A stretch of 64,000 nucleotides of DNA from Callorhinchus milii (taxonomy: Eukaryota): NCBI RefSeq assembly GCF_018977255.1, contig NW_024704743.1, forward strand, positions 18,540,001 through 18,604,000, read 5' to 3'. Positions 38,221 through 52,105 of this stretch are shown one piece after another. Made by a program: the position numbers and the translations under genes. The stretch's first letter is position 1. Each line of letters opens with the position of its first letter. The notes under the pieces were generated by a model. It did not search any database, was not told the DNA's origin, and saw nothing but the letters and a program-made list of their open reading frames with translations.

Positions 38221-39592
38221 GTTTGTGGGACACTGCTGTGTCTAAATTAGCTGCCCCATTACTTCCAAAAATATACATTCACTCCACTTGTTAGTAAATC
38301 CAGTGAAGTACTTTGGAACATCCTCCTGACATGAAAGAAGCAAGAATTATTATTATTATATATAATGAGGCTGCAAATAGATTATGTTAGAAAGTGATGT
38401 CCAGGTGGGAATTTTTTTCAAGAAGGTTATTCAGCTACATTTTTCGATGCAGTTTTGAAAATTGTAAAAATTTTCTTTGTATTTCCTTTGTGTAGCACGA
38501 TAATTTAAACTAAAGATTCCATGTAGTGTGATTGATATGCGAATGTATAAGTAGGGAGCTCTAATTTTTTTGTCCTAATTTTAACCACAAATTACCCATT
38601 TCTGTGGGGGACAGTCTATCTGTAAAAAAAACTATTTTCTCTGAAGAAGCACAATTTCTCTTAACAGCTTTTTGGCTTTTTTAAACTTGTGTGATTTCCA
38701 TAAACTCCTGTGTTATTACCTTGGAAACTGGTGTGCCCAACCTTGAGGAGGAAGCAAATCAAGATGTAAGTTAAAGTGGAATCGCAGCAAAGGTGAATTG
38801 GAGTTACATAGGAGTTACAGCAGCAGAAAAATGATAACATTGAGGAGCACTGGAAAAGGGGATGCAAAACATAAATAATACAAAAAAAACATAGAAGGGA
38901 TCTGTTTTATTGGTCCTATGCTCCTTTTTAATCTAAAATAGAACAAATAAAATAGAATTTGTCAATGTGAGCAGCAGGCAAAATATTTGGAAGTATTGTG
39001 TGGTATTGTAAGTCAGCTACAGGAAAGGCAAAGAAGCAAATGTGATTTTCCCTCATGGCAGACAGTCATTCCCGATGCAATGCTGAGAAACTGATATGAG
39101 AATAAACAGTGATATGGCATAAGCTAAAAGCTGGTTTCTTATCAAGTATGAAATAGAAGCATTAGGTGAATAAAACAGCTTTTGCCAAACTGTACATAAA
39201 AAAGATGTTAATGAAGATTAATAAGATTAATAAGATTAATAAGAGGCATAATTACTTATCTTGTTAAAATCCTGCTTTCTGCATGTGAGTGATCTGCATG
39301 CAACTGGAGCTGAATGTCAGCGATACTGATAAGCTGCTTATATTGCTATTGTTTGGACCGAGCTGTGCCCATCACTCTATACCTGAACTTAATAGCAAGG
39401 AGATGAAAAGCCTATGTTGAAAAATCTTTTGTATTATTTGCTTACAAATACACGGGTAATAAACTTTACAGTAAATTTTGTGAAGCGCTTTGAGTTGTCA
39501 ACCTGGTGTGAAAGGAACTATGTGAAGTGCAAGAATTATTATTATTATTATTCGTAATTCTCTTCTGATCACTGTTTACTCTTTTGTTACAG

Positions 39593-39706
39593 GGTGAATA
39601 AGCAGCAAATAGATCAAACCTTAACTACTCAAAATAAAAATAATTTGAAGCCAAATCCACCAGAGTGTAAGCAGCTCAGCAAGTTGCTTACTCTTATCCC
39701 TAAGAG
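39593..39706 (+). CDS. ST8SIA6: ST8SIA6-like copy B exon 2 (114 nt, stem)
   Basis: ttgttacag|G GTG AAT... = VNKQQIDQTLTTQNKNNLKPNPPECKQLSKLLTLIPK(R), donor |gtaaaa. Confidence 0.83.
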
Positions 39707-41133
39707 GTAAAAAGCTTTTTTTCAAAACATAATGAAATCATACACAAACAATATTCTAACTCGTTATGTATCTATATTAACATTGTGAAATGAGTGTGGA
39801 ATACAAGCATTTATTGACCCATTGACTTCAGATGTGGAACTCGCTGCCCAAAGTTGTGGTTGAAGCAGATAGTACAGATGCATTTAAGAGGAAGCTAGAT
39901 ACACCCTGCATGAAGTAGTTCCTCCTAAATTCTCTTTTATGGTCCCTGGTTACGGACTCCCAAGATCAATGGAAACAGCCTATTATGTTAATTTTATCAA
40001 ACCCTTTTATAATTTAAAATATTTGTATGAGGTTCCCCCTAAAACATCTCTTCTGTGATGAAAAAGAGCCTAACCTTTCCTGTCTATACTGATAGCAAAA
40101 AGCTGCCAGCCCTGGTATCATTCTCACAAACCTATGCTGGACTCTTTCCATTGCAGTTATATCCTTCTTATTGTGTGGAGACCAGAATTGGAAAATTCAC
40201 TTTCCCACACTAACAGAACTGCAGAAAATCAACTTCCAGATGAAAGCTAAAGCTTATCCAAAATTGCTTTCCAAAATTTCAATAAACCCTATTTCTTAAG
40301 ACAACAACAAATTGCATTTATATAGAGCCTTTCACGTAGTGAGGATATCCCAAGGCACTGGACAGTTAGGAATTTGGACCCAAGCTGGGAGTTGGAATCA
40401 GGAGGAGTGAAGTACAGGGACGATAGAAGTAGGAGGGTGACCAAAGGAGGTCTTGAGACGGGCCTTGAAGGAGTCAAGGGAGGAGGCGAGGCGGAGGGAT
40501 TGTGGGGTCGATTTTCAATGTGTGGGGTCTGTGTGGGTCTGCTCGCCAATGGTCGGGCGGGCCACTCGGGGGACATGGAGCAGGCCAGAGCCTGTTGAGA
40601 GGAGGGGCGGACAGGTCAATATGGAGTTAGCAAATCACAGAAGTAGTGAGGAGCAAGGCAATGGAGGGTTTTGAAGACGAGGACGAGGATTTTGAAGTCT
40701 ATCCTCTGGAGATAGGGTGCCAGTGGAGCCGGGTGAGGATGGAGGATGGGGAGCCAGTGGAGTCCGGCGAAGGTGGGTATGATGGGGTCATGGAGGCTGG
40801 TGCAGGAGAGGACACAGGCTGCAGAGTTCTGGATGATATGCAGCTTGTGGAGGGAAGAGTTGGGAAGGCCAACAAGCAGGGAGTTCGCGTAGTCAAGCCT
40901 GGATGTGATGAATGTGTGGCTGAGGATTTCAGCGGCCTGAGGGGAGAGGCAGTGGGAGAGCCGGGCGATGTTACGGAGGTGGGGCAAGGCAGAGTGAGTC
41001 ATGTCACGGAGGTGGGGTAGAAAGACGTAAGATAAGCCTACGAACATGTGAATTTTTGTGTCTTGAGACCCATTTTTGTTATCTTCTAATTGTTCATTGA
41101 TGCCCTATCAATACTTGATTTTACTTTTTCTAG

Positions 41134-41220
41134 GTTTAAAGATGATGATATCATTAAAGTCTTCAAGAAAACAGAGAAATGTACATGGTTTAGCAATTCT
41201 GCAGCACACACGAATTTCAG
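41134..41220 (+). CDS. ST8SIA6: ST8SIA6-like copy B exon 3 (87 nt)
   Basis: tttttctag|G TTT AAA... = FKDDDIIKVFKKTEKCTWFSNSAAHTNF(R), donor |gtaaat. Confidence 0.88.
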
Positions 41221-43048
41221 GTAAATGTTTGAACTGCAGAATTAAATAATCCAGAATAGAAACTGGATTCTTTAAGGTTATTCATGAAAACCAATTGGAG
41301 TATATTTTCCATTCAGTTAAAAAAAACATGTCCACTCATGGTTTCAGGGAGGTTTGTGGTCAGCCTCGTACTTTGTGGAGCCACTCGGGATGATGTAAAT
41401 GTGATAACCCAGATACACAAACCTATGAAATGCCAGCTGTAATACTATCCTACAATTAACTTGCCCAGCTAGGGCTAACCTCTGGTTAGGACATTATAAG
41501 GAGTTAAGTGAAAGGAGTTCTATCACCAGCAAAAATTCTACCCTATCTCCAAACCACTTATAAGGCCATGCAGACTGGTCAGTCTTCACCAATGCCCTGG
41601 ATTTCAGAAGAGCTACTTGCCTAAACCTTAGGTAGTAAATCATGTCTACCAGAGTTGACTTAGCACCATTCACCCTTTGCAAAGGATATCACCTTAGAAA
41701 GCCAAAAATGTAATACCAGAAAAGAAATGGAAATGGAATTATTGTTTTTCTAGCTAATATAAATGAATCTAATAAATTGGTGGAAAAGGCTTATTGTGAT
41801 GAATGGAATCTTCCTGTTCCTGTTTCCCCTGTTTCTATGACTCTAAGCATGTTGTAACTTGAATTAATTCATATAACTTGTTTTGCCCCTTAATCTAATA
41901 TGTTGAAATACATTAAAAGAACTATTATTCAATTATGAAAGCATGGGATGGTTTGAGGCAAGAGAAAATTACTGTAGATTTAGTAAGGAACTAGTTGCCT
42001 AAACTCAACTGGGGGACAGAAAAGAAACAAGTTGACACAACTCTCCAACCGCACACATCAGTGATAAGGGCTCCATGAAGCAGTGAACATTCTGCACTCT
42101 GTACCATTAGGACCGCAGTTGTCCTGGAAGCAAGGCTGGAGGCCATCGATTTTCATCTGCTTGTATGTGAAACAATGGGAAAGTATCCAAATTATCTTAT
42201 AAAATATCCTCTCTGTAATAAGAATCAAATGATCCCTTGCATGACTCTTTGTTACAAAAAAACGCTTTGACAGTGTCTTCTGCACTTGACCCAAGACATT
42301 GGGATCAATAATGGAGGATTGTCAAACATCACATTCTGCTCGGTGATGTCATCCGCAGGTATGGGGTTGACTTCCACATGTTTGCCAATGATGCCCAACT
42401 CTATCTCTCTGCCTCCACCCTCTAGCCTTGATTCCAGGATAACTGGTGTCCTGATGGATTGCCTGTCGGACATCAAGTTCCAGATGAGAGCAAACTTTTG
42501 AGAGCCAGTTGAATGTCGACAAGACAGAGGCTCTCCTGCTTGGCTCCCATCAACACGTTCTCACTTCAGGCACAGACAGTATCATTATACACAGATACAC
42601 AATCCACTTCTCTAAGCCTGTATGGAACCTTGGTGTTTTGTTTGACTCTTTACTGTCATTTAATCCCCACATCTGTGCCTTGACCCACTCAGCTTTCCAG
42701 ATCCTCCACAATATTCCTGCCTTTGCCACTTCCTCCCCTCGGGCCGCTGAGACTCTTGACTGGGCCAACTCTCCACTTGCTAGACTTCCCAAATCTTTCC
42801 TCCACGAGCTGCAGATCATGTCCTCTCCCATACCTGCCAGCTTCCTCCACTCAGCAGGCACTGGCCTGCTTCACTATCAATAGTTGGACCTTCAGTCTTT
42901 CTGTCCTCACTCTCTGGAATCCCCATCCTAGAGTTATTTTACCTTGATCCTTCCTTTGGCTCCTTCAAGGTCCAACCCCAGCTCAGGTGCATAACTTGAC
43001 TTCCCAGTGCCCTAGGATGTACTTCCGACGTGAAAGGCACAATATAAA

Positions 43049-43367
43049 TAATAATAATAATAATAATCCTTGCATTTGATATAGCGCTTTTCACGTCGGG
43101 AGGACGTCCCAAAGCGCTTCACAGAACACACTGTGAAGTGAATTGACTGTACATTTGTGGGCGAACGCAGCAGCCAATTGTGCACAGCAATGTCCCACAA
43201 ACAGTCGTAGATTGAAATTGACCAATTTATTATTGTTTTTGGTTTTGGAGGGATTATTAATAGGCGTGTGGAGTAAGGAAACTTGCCCAAGGTTTCGCCC
43301 TGCCTGGAATTGAACTCAGGTCTCTCGCTTGCAAAGCGAGTGCTCTAACCACTGAGCTACAGGACTC
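43049..43367 (-). mobile_element. Full-length young tRNA-SINE, right-arm specific
   Basis: Inserted in an L2 tail. Empty site at ~10190 in the left arm. Confidence 0.9.
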
Positions 43368-44835
43368 CACATGTAATTTGTTGTTGTAGTTGGATGTACT
43401 TCACGTTATACATGCAAGAACTCTGCTAGAATATGGTTGGAAGCAGATTGCTGAGTTCCAATGAGATTAAAATGGTGCACACAAAGTGGATATCGCATTA
43501 TCCACTCCACCATTGGGGCTGACTAATAGATTTTGATAGTTATAAAATACAATACAAATTTACATTTACATAGTGCTCTTCACCTCAGCATGAATCCTTC
43601 GTAAATTTTACTGTGCAAAACGTAATTTAAAAATAAATTTAGCCTGGCTGATTATTTTTTCTAATTTTCTCCCCACTGGCACATATCTCTCTGCTGTTTG
43701 TCTGGACACCACTTGCTGGAGGACAGTTTCAATGGCATTGGTTCTCCTCCCAATTCCCAGTCGAGTGGTCATTGTTCATGTGTGAGAGCCTTGGCAGTGA
43801 GTCTCTCCCCACCTGGCTACCACACACATGCTTCAACAGAGGGATCAAGAGCAATGACCATGGCTGTTCTTTCTTTCCTTATCCCTGAGAAGCCCAAGGA
43901 CAACTTAACGTTCCCATCCAGCCCCAACTGTGACAAGCAATCTCAGCACAGATCAGGATTCAAACCAGCGATCTCCTGGTCTGAAACTATAGCTCTGTCC
44001 ATTGCACCATTGGGGCTGTCCTAAACATGTATATTTTTAACCCCAATAAGTTACAGCAAAATGCTCTTGGTTGCATTCAGTAGTGCCTCTGTTGAGAATA
44101 ATAGGCAAAATAAAATCACCATATGAATGAAGAGAAAACAGAAAAAATGTATGAGAAAGCAAGCAATTCAAGTGTTGAAGAAGAAACATATGTTTTTGAC
44201 AAGAAGCACATCCATTACAGACACATCCTTTGCATGTGTACCATAAAAAGCAAATAGGTAGCATCTGTAGTCAACATCTCTAATACAATGTCTTTCACAC
44301 CAATATATATAATATCTTTCAGATCTCAAACCATTGTGCATACTTGAAAATATTGATAGCAAATACTGCAAATAACATTTTTATAACAGTTGGCCGGCCT
44401 TCTTTGCACTAACCATGATGAAACAATAGACCCAGGCATTACTGGCGAGAAATTCCACCTGGACGTAGCTTTACTCTATTTATATAAAATTTCGGAAGAT
44501 CCAGGAGTTAGCAGATTGTTGAATTCAGTCTTAACTTTGAAGCTTTTTTGTTGTAGTTTTTAAAATAATTTACAGAAATTCAGCTTCTGAATTAAGGCTG
44601 CATTCAGCAATTTGCTAAATTTCTGGATAATCTGAAATGTTACATAAATAGAGTAAATTCTAGACCCAGTGGAATTTCTATCCATGTGAAACCATTAAAA
44701 TTTACAGCACAGAAGAATATATGTACCTATATCTGAAACAGTCATCATATATTTAATGGAAATAGAATAGCTACAAGGAGGAAGGTTTTATAGAATAAGT
44801 TCTGATCCCAACATGTGAAATGTTTTATCTTCCAG

Positions 44836-44980
44836 AGCACAGCTAACAAATTGCTGCAATGCAATCCAAAACTTCACTGTTACACAAGTCAACACAGCAC
44901 TAGGAGCAAATCTGACTTATGATGCACAGCCTAAAAAGAAAATAACGATCACGGAAAACATTTTTAATTTGCTTCCTCAG
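44836..44980 (+). CDS. ST8SIA6: ST8SIA6-like copy B exon 4 (145 nt)
   Basis: ttccag|A GCA CAG... = AQLTNCCNAIQNFTVTQVNTALGANLTYDAQPKKKITITENIFNLLPQ, donor |gtaagt. Confidence 0.92.
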
Positions 44981-46462
44981 GTAAGTTTTGAGTGAGTTTG
45001 TGCAAGTGTGCATGTTCAGAAGTATAGTAATTTGTTTAACAAGAAGTAGGTTTTTTCAGAAAAAGAAAAAATATTAACAGCAATTTACCTGTGTACTATT
45101 AATAGTGGAGTGAGAATTGCGACTTGTGATTTGTTAATTGTAACTTGCCTTCAATGAATTTATCACATCACAGCCAATTCGACTCAGTCCATGTTTTCTG
45201 TGAATACATCTCCCTGACTTTGTCCCAATAGTTGGACATGAAGCATTCTGTTTCTCTGTGGTCACTTTCACTGTCTACTCTCTCTAGTTTTGCTAACTCT
45301 CGTAGATTCCTCTTAGACCTGGCTGTCTGTTTCTCAGTCGTCTCTTTCACTGTCCATTTTCTTTAGCAAGACGTTTTCCTACACCTGTAGTTTTCTCTCA
45401 GACTTCAACTCCGACTTATCAAATGCTCTGCTCCTCCCTCAACTACACTTACCTGTTGGTAAGTTTTGCATTTCTAGACTTTCACGTTCAATTTCTTTAT
45501 GGTTTGTCGTATTTTGAGCAATTAGCATGATACAATTAGCATGTCAATAAAGATTGGACTGGTTATAGATGAAGCAATTGAGAGAGGATCTGATAGAGGT
45601 GTTTAAACAAAGTGAATATTAATAGCCTGTCACCACTTGTTGTTGAGTCCAAAACAAAGGCAATAAATATAGTGAGTAGCAGATCTAAAGGGACTTTAGG
45701 AGGAAAGTTTTAATGCAAATATTCTTCTTGGCGGGGGAGGTAAGCAGGGTCTCCTTGGAGCTGAACTAGCTGGACAACCAGCAGGAAAGCTTGCCAGACA
45801 GTGCTATCAATGGTAAGCCATGCGGTTTCACCTAGTTAGACTACAGCTGTACCCCAACGCCCGCTTTGGCTCTTGCCAACCTGTGCTTAATAGTCCCAGA
45901 ATTAGATAGTCAGGTAGTCCCTCGAGAGAGAATGTGCGCATTGCACTCTTAACAGACACCTCAGGAATTTTCATGTATAGGCAGGATGCCTGGAACTCTT
46001 AGTTTGGTTTGGATCTTCTTAAGCATACGCTGATGGATTTCCACATATGTCAGACACCCTGCTGACCATAAACAAATCAATGCAGCAGGTAGTGAGAATG
46101 TGGAACTCACTGTCGTAAGCTGTGGTTGAAACTGAAAGCATCAATGTAAGCTTTTGTAAAGAAACCTGATGCATACAAGAGGGAGAAGGGAATAGAAGGG
46201 TTTGGAGAGTAGATTAGGAGGGGTGGAGGCTCATGCGGAGTATGAACACAACCACAGTCCAGTTGGGCTGAATGGCCTGTTTCCATGCTGTAAAGTTCTA
46301 TGTATCTCTATGCAATACTTCTTAAAAATATATCTATTTATTTGGTAAAATGTATATTAAATATTAATTGTCATAACTTTTAATTGTATTTTAATTTTAA
46401 TTGTAAATCAAAGGACCTTCTGAATTGTCACGAGAATGCTAATTGCATTTTTTATCCATCAG

Positions 46463-46575
46463 ACTGAGCCTTTTAAAGTCCCCATATCTAAACGCTGTGC
46501 TGTGGTGGGAAATGGAGGAATTCTAACTAATAGCAGCTGTGGAGAGGAAATAGATCAAGCTGACTTTGTGTTCAG
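46463..46575 (+). CDS. ST8SIA6: ST8SIA6-like copy B exon 5 (113 nt; sialylmotif L)
   Basis: catcag|ACT... = TEPFKVPISKRCAVVGNGGILTNSSCGEEIDQADFVF(R), donor |gtaaga. Confidence 0.95.
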
Positions 46576-48034
46576 GTAAGAAGTAACATGGAGAAAGATC
46601 TGGATTTATTTCTGCTGATTCATTCGAGATAATTGAGTCTTTCCGAGGTAATAGAAATTCAAGTAAACTATTGCAATGAAATGTGTGATATTTCATAACA
46701 GAATATCTCCCCCTTCCCCTCCCACTCTTCATTTTTCTTTCAATAATTATCGAATGTGTTATTCATTTTTTTTCCTTCTTTAAAGATTGCCCATGGAACC
46801 AAACACCAATTCTATGAAAATTATGTGTAATTTCAGCTCGTCTGGATAATTTTTTTTAAATTGCTGCTCACTTCCCTGCTGACAAAATAGGTCCAAACTT
46901 GTTTTCAGATTCTCGAAGTAGCATTTGATAGCTGAACTAAATTGACATTTTGGTATGTCCAGGATTTCCTTCCGATGTGAGAGACTCTATACGAAATGTA
47001 TCCTAGTCTTCTCTGCAAAGTAGAAATCCTCAGGTGTAACTATATCCCGAGGCCTGATGCGGAATGTCGTTCTCTCTCTCTGCTTTCCTAAACCCATTAA
47101 AAACACAGTTTATTATGAAAACTGTGACTTTGGCTACCTCGTCCCCTATTCCTCTTCCAGGGACATTAAGTGCAATTATAGCACCACTGATGCAATAAGG
47201 TACCTCAGGATAGACTAGAATCTGGGTTTGTGTACATACATTCATATATCCAGGGCTTTTCATTCATCTTGATTGATATGCAGAAAGATAAGCAGCTGTT
47301 GTTCAAGCTTCGCACCTCCAACTGGTGGATCAATTGTTATTTGGGTAGGGATTGTGTCTGAACTGTAGGCGGAAGGATGGTAGCAATGCTCTCTCATGCA
47401 ATTTATCATGAGCTTTGAGGCTCACCAGGAAGCTCCCGAGACATCATAGTATTTGCTATTCATTCAGTGAGCGTTCAAACCAGCACTTGTGTGATGTCAA
47501 ATGATCAACTAGTGACTATTCTCCTAGGGGGAGGGGGTAAGCAGTGTCTCCTTGTAGCTGAGCTGGCTCCAAAGTAACAGGCTTTCCTGCAGAATATTGG
47601 AATGGGGTCAACCCTCTGTGTGGTCTTGGTCAGAATACCGACCATACTATTCTCCCATCACAGCATCAACCACCCTTCCTGACAACTTATTGCAGTCATT
47701 AATTATTCTGTGGGTAAATTCTGCTATCCTTCCTGAAATTGTCCTTTGTGGAATGTTAGAATCAAGTCAACCTTCTGGGCAGTCTTGAATGTACAGTTTC
47801 TGAACCAACAGGAATCCTGCCAGACTGTGCTCTCAATGGCAACCTGGCAGGTAGGGCTCTCTGCAGTTTTAGTTGGTTAAACTCCACTGGTACCACAATT
47901 CACTCTCTGATTATGCCTTGCCTCTCACCAAACTGTGCCTAATACTCTCCGCGATTAGTTACGTAGTGTGTGTCCCTTCAAGGCGAGGTATTCCATTCCA
48001 GATTCAGGAAAATGTTTCTGTGTAGTTTGTATAC

Positions 48035-48922
48035 CCCATTTCCGTGCCATGACCAGCTCTGCCTTCCCCCACCTCCGCAATGTTACCCGACTCTGCCACT
48101 GCCTCGCCCCTCAGGCTGCCAAAACCCTCATACATGTATTCACCACCTCAAGGCTTGACTATGGAAACTCCGCCTTGTCAGCCTCCCCAACTCTTCCCTC
48201 CACAAGCTGTGGATCATCCAGAACTCTGCAGCTCGTGTCCTCTCCCGCACCAGACTACATGACCCCATCATACCCACCCTCGCCTGGCTCCACTGACTCC
48301 CCATCCCTCAGAGGATAGAATTAAAAATCCTCATCCTCACTTTCAAGGCCCTCCATGGCCTTGTCCCCTCTTACATCTCTGAGCTGCTGACCGACCCCCT
48401 ATCAACCTGTCCGCTTCCTCCTCTCAGCAGGCTCCGGCCTGTTCCAGGTCTCCCACCCAACCCGCCCTACCATTGGCAGCCGGGCTTTCAGCCTCTCTGC
48501 CCCCAGTCTTTGGAACGCCATCCCACAATCCCTTTGCGTTGCTCCCTCTCTTGCATCCTTCAAGGCGTGACTCAAGACCCTCCTTTTTGACCATGCCTTC
48601 AACCGTCCTCCTACCCTTCTCTTCAACCGTGCCTTCACCTCCCCTCTCGACTCTCTATCCCCTCCTCGCTCCCTCCCTTCCCTTTCCTCACCTTGACCAT
48701 TTCCCCCCTGCTCGGATCCCGACCCAACTGTCCAGTGCCTTGGAACGTCCTCCCGACGTGAAAGGCGCTCTATAAATGCAATCTTGTTGTTGTTGTTCCC
48801 ACTCTGCCCTCCCTCACCCCAACCCTGCTCCCCACGCTCAGGTCCTGATCCCTGACTGTTCAGCGCCTTGCGACTTCCTCCCGACTTGAAAGGCACTTTA
48901 CAAATGTAATTATGTTGTTGTT
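48035..48922 (+). mobile_element. L2 3' fragment with a nested younger L2 3' end (~48620-48797), right-arm specific
   Basis: L2 ORF2 C-terminal motifs and two successive L2 tails. Empty site at ~3160 in the left arm. Confidence 0.85.
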
Positions 48923-50035
48923 GTACACATATATGGAACTCTCAGTCTCCTTTGAATACTCTGAAGCATGCTGACGGGTTTCCACATGTGTCAGACATCT
49001 GGCTCCTGACCACAAAAAAAAATCTACTTCAACGAGTTACTACTTATCATCAATTTATTGTCCAAGATGTGTTTCAGAATTTATCTAAATATTCGTTAAA
49101 ATTCTCCATCAAAAATCAGAAGATTATAGTAATAATAATCCTTGCATTTGATATAACGCCTTATCACGTCTTCAAGACGTCTCAAAGCGCTTCACAGGAT
49201 ATACTGCAAAGTGAAATGACTGTATATTTTGTGGGCGAAACGTGGCAGCCAATTGCGTACAGCAGTGTCCCACAAATCTCACTCTCTTATCATCAGTCCT
49301 ACACAATTGAGAAATACAGAAGATAATTGATTGCGGCTGCAGCAAGTGGAGACAGACTCACAAAGTGGCTTGTGAAACGACTTACAGACAGTATGAATTT
49401 GTTAAATTAAAAAGCAATTTAAAATGCACATTTTTTGGTAGTTATATTCCTTCCAGTTATATTTTTGAAAGACACTGCTTTTTTAAAAAAAATTAACAAA
49501 TGCTCATTTTTACTTTAGACGTTACTGGATGATCAAACTATTGCAGTTAGATTGTGAATGTACCTGAATTTAAAGGGCACTTTAGTATTTGAATGATGCA
49601 ACTGATCGGTGATTAATCAGCTCTAAAGATAAAGAATACAATATTTTCTGATTGCAAATGGCCACTAGGATTATGGAACGAGTTTTGCATTTTTAATGTT
49701 AAATATCTTGACCATAGTGTGTAGCTTTTAACCAAAAACTCTTTAACAAACTTTTCTGTCTGATCTACAGATTGTTAAAAAAAAAGGCAGGAGCGAAAAC
49801 TGTGCTAATAAGATCAAATGGAAAGTCATACAACAAAGTTTGTCTCATTATAAATAATAGCATATTGATTTTTCCTATTTTACATACAACTGTCCTTGCT
49901 AATATAGATGCACAATCTGTGAACTGGAGGCTCGTACACTTTGATCATCATCAAATAAAGATTATGTTTGTCTGTGGCTTCTGAGATAAGTTTATTGATT
50001 CCCAACAGTAATGAAACTATTGTACTTTTTTACAG

Positions 50036-50125
50036 GTGTAATCTTGCTCCTATCATTGGCAGAGAAGATGATGTGGGATCGAAAACTGACCTGGTGACAG
50101 CTAATCCATCCATATTTTCAATTAA
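50036..50125 (+). CDS. ST8SIA6: ST8SIA6-like copy B exon 6 (90 nt)
   Basis: ttttacag|G TGT... = CNLAPIIGREDDVGSKTDLVTANPSIFSI(K), donor |gtaagt. Confidence 0.93.
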
Positions 50126-52105
50126 GTAAGTATTCCGTTTTATGTCTTCTTTAGCATCTAATGAGTTGATATTGCAGTGGACATGAGGGTCCCATAAGCT
50201 GATCTCAGTGGCATCAGCCTGGAAGGAGAGACTCTGGACATCCCACCAGAATCTATCAGGGTTGAGATGCTTTTTCATTCTACCCTCTCAGTGGCTGTGG
50301 AGCCCCAGAATTGTCTATCAGGGTAGAAATAAAACACGGTACAAATTTACATGTAAATAGTGCCTTTCCCATTGGAAGGATGTCCCAAGGCACTTAACAA
50401 TACTAGTTTGGCACCCAAGCTGGGAGTGGAAACCAAGGAGTGGGGAAGGGGAAGATGAAAAGCACAGTCAAAGAGACAGGTCTATTGAGATGCATCTTGA
50501 ATAAGTTGAGGGAAAGGAGAGACTCGAAGAAATTCCTGGATGGAGTTCCCAGAGAGTGGGGGGAGAAAGGTCAAAAGCCCACCTGCCGAAAGTGGGACAC
50601 GTAGGTAGTGTCTACTGAGTGACGAAAGTGTCTGAGAGTGTAGGGCTTGAGGAGGTCGCAGAGATAGAAATTCCATGGTTTCATGGGTCTGGAAAGGTGG
50701 ACAGAGACATTCTATTAGGTTGAACACAGAATTGGAACAGTTTAACAGCAGGGTACATAGCAAATAATAATAATCCTTACATTTAGTATAGCAACATTCA
50801 CATCAGGAGGATGTCTCAAAGCTCTTCACATGATTTACTGTAAAGTGTCTTGTGTGTGGGCAAATGAAGTAGCCAGTTTGCCCACTGCAACATCTCGCAA
50901 ACAACAACAAGTGAACGATGAAGTTTGTCTGGGGCACTGTTGGTCAGGACACTTGGAAAACTCCCTTGATAAAATTCTAGGATTCTGTGAACTCCACTCA
51001 GTTAAGTTATGACTTCATCTGGAGTTACTTAGGCCACTGGTCACCGATCTTTTGGAATACTCACCCCCAGCTTGGTTGCGCATCCAGCACTGTGAAGCAC
51101 TTTGAGACGTCCTCCCGACATAAATTGTATTTTATAATATTTGGGGGCTGGGTTGTAGTTGGGTGTGCGGTTGAGAGCATCTAAACTAAACGGCCAGAAT
51201 GCCACATATTTTCCATTTGCGGATGACATTGGAGGGTATATTTTCTCCCCAGACAGTTTGGGAGTATCAAGCAAATGTTGGCAAGAGCCAAGACTCGGGG
51301 ATCCCAGAATGTGCATTGGAGTAGTGCTGGAGTTTAACTAGGAAAAGCATACAACTTACTAATTCAATCACTCCTACATGTCCATCTCAGACCACCCTAA
51401 CCATTATCGAGTCGAATCGACAAGGAAGAACCCCAGCCCCAGTTATTGATCTAAACTTTCAAATCCTGTTATCAACAGTGCAGTGGAATGATTTGGACCT
51501 GCTTTGCTCAGGAATCCATTTTGGGCCTGGTCTGGCTGAGTACTAATACAGATACTCATGCAGGGGTTTACTGTACTGTTAATATGTCAGCACCTGAGAA
51601 CATCCTCCTGACGTAAAAGGCGCTTTAGAAATTTAACTTGCTGCTGTTGTTGTCACAGATTAATTTCCCCCACAAAATATACAGTAAATTCACTTTACAG
51701 TATATTCTGTGAAGCTCCTTGAGACGTCTCGAAGATGTGATAAGGCGCCGTATCAAATGCAAGGATTTATTAATTATTTATTTGTTATTTATTTATGAGT
51801 TATTGATACCTAGAAGTGAAAAGGTGTTATGAAACTTGATGAATTTATTTTATATTCCCTAGATTTGAGGTGATTAAAGGATTATCTAATGAGAGTTTAA
51901 TATTATGATGGAATTGACTTGAAGAAAAGGATGACTCTTGTCTCTAGCAATTGAAACAATTATTAAACTTAACTACCACTATCAAACTGACAGTTAAACA
52001 AAAGCAAAATAAAATAAGCTGCATATGTCATTTGCATCAATGAGTGTATAACTGCTGTTTGTTTACTAAGTTCATTACTTCAATGGGAACAACTTATTTT
52101 TGCAG

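Noticed and set aside
38668..38765. Alternative coding exon for copy B (ttaacag| ... |gtaagt)
   Set aside because: Stops in all three frames, no ATG and no counterpart in copy A.
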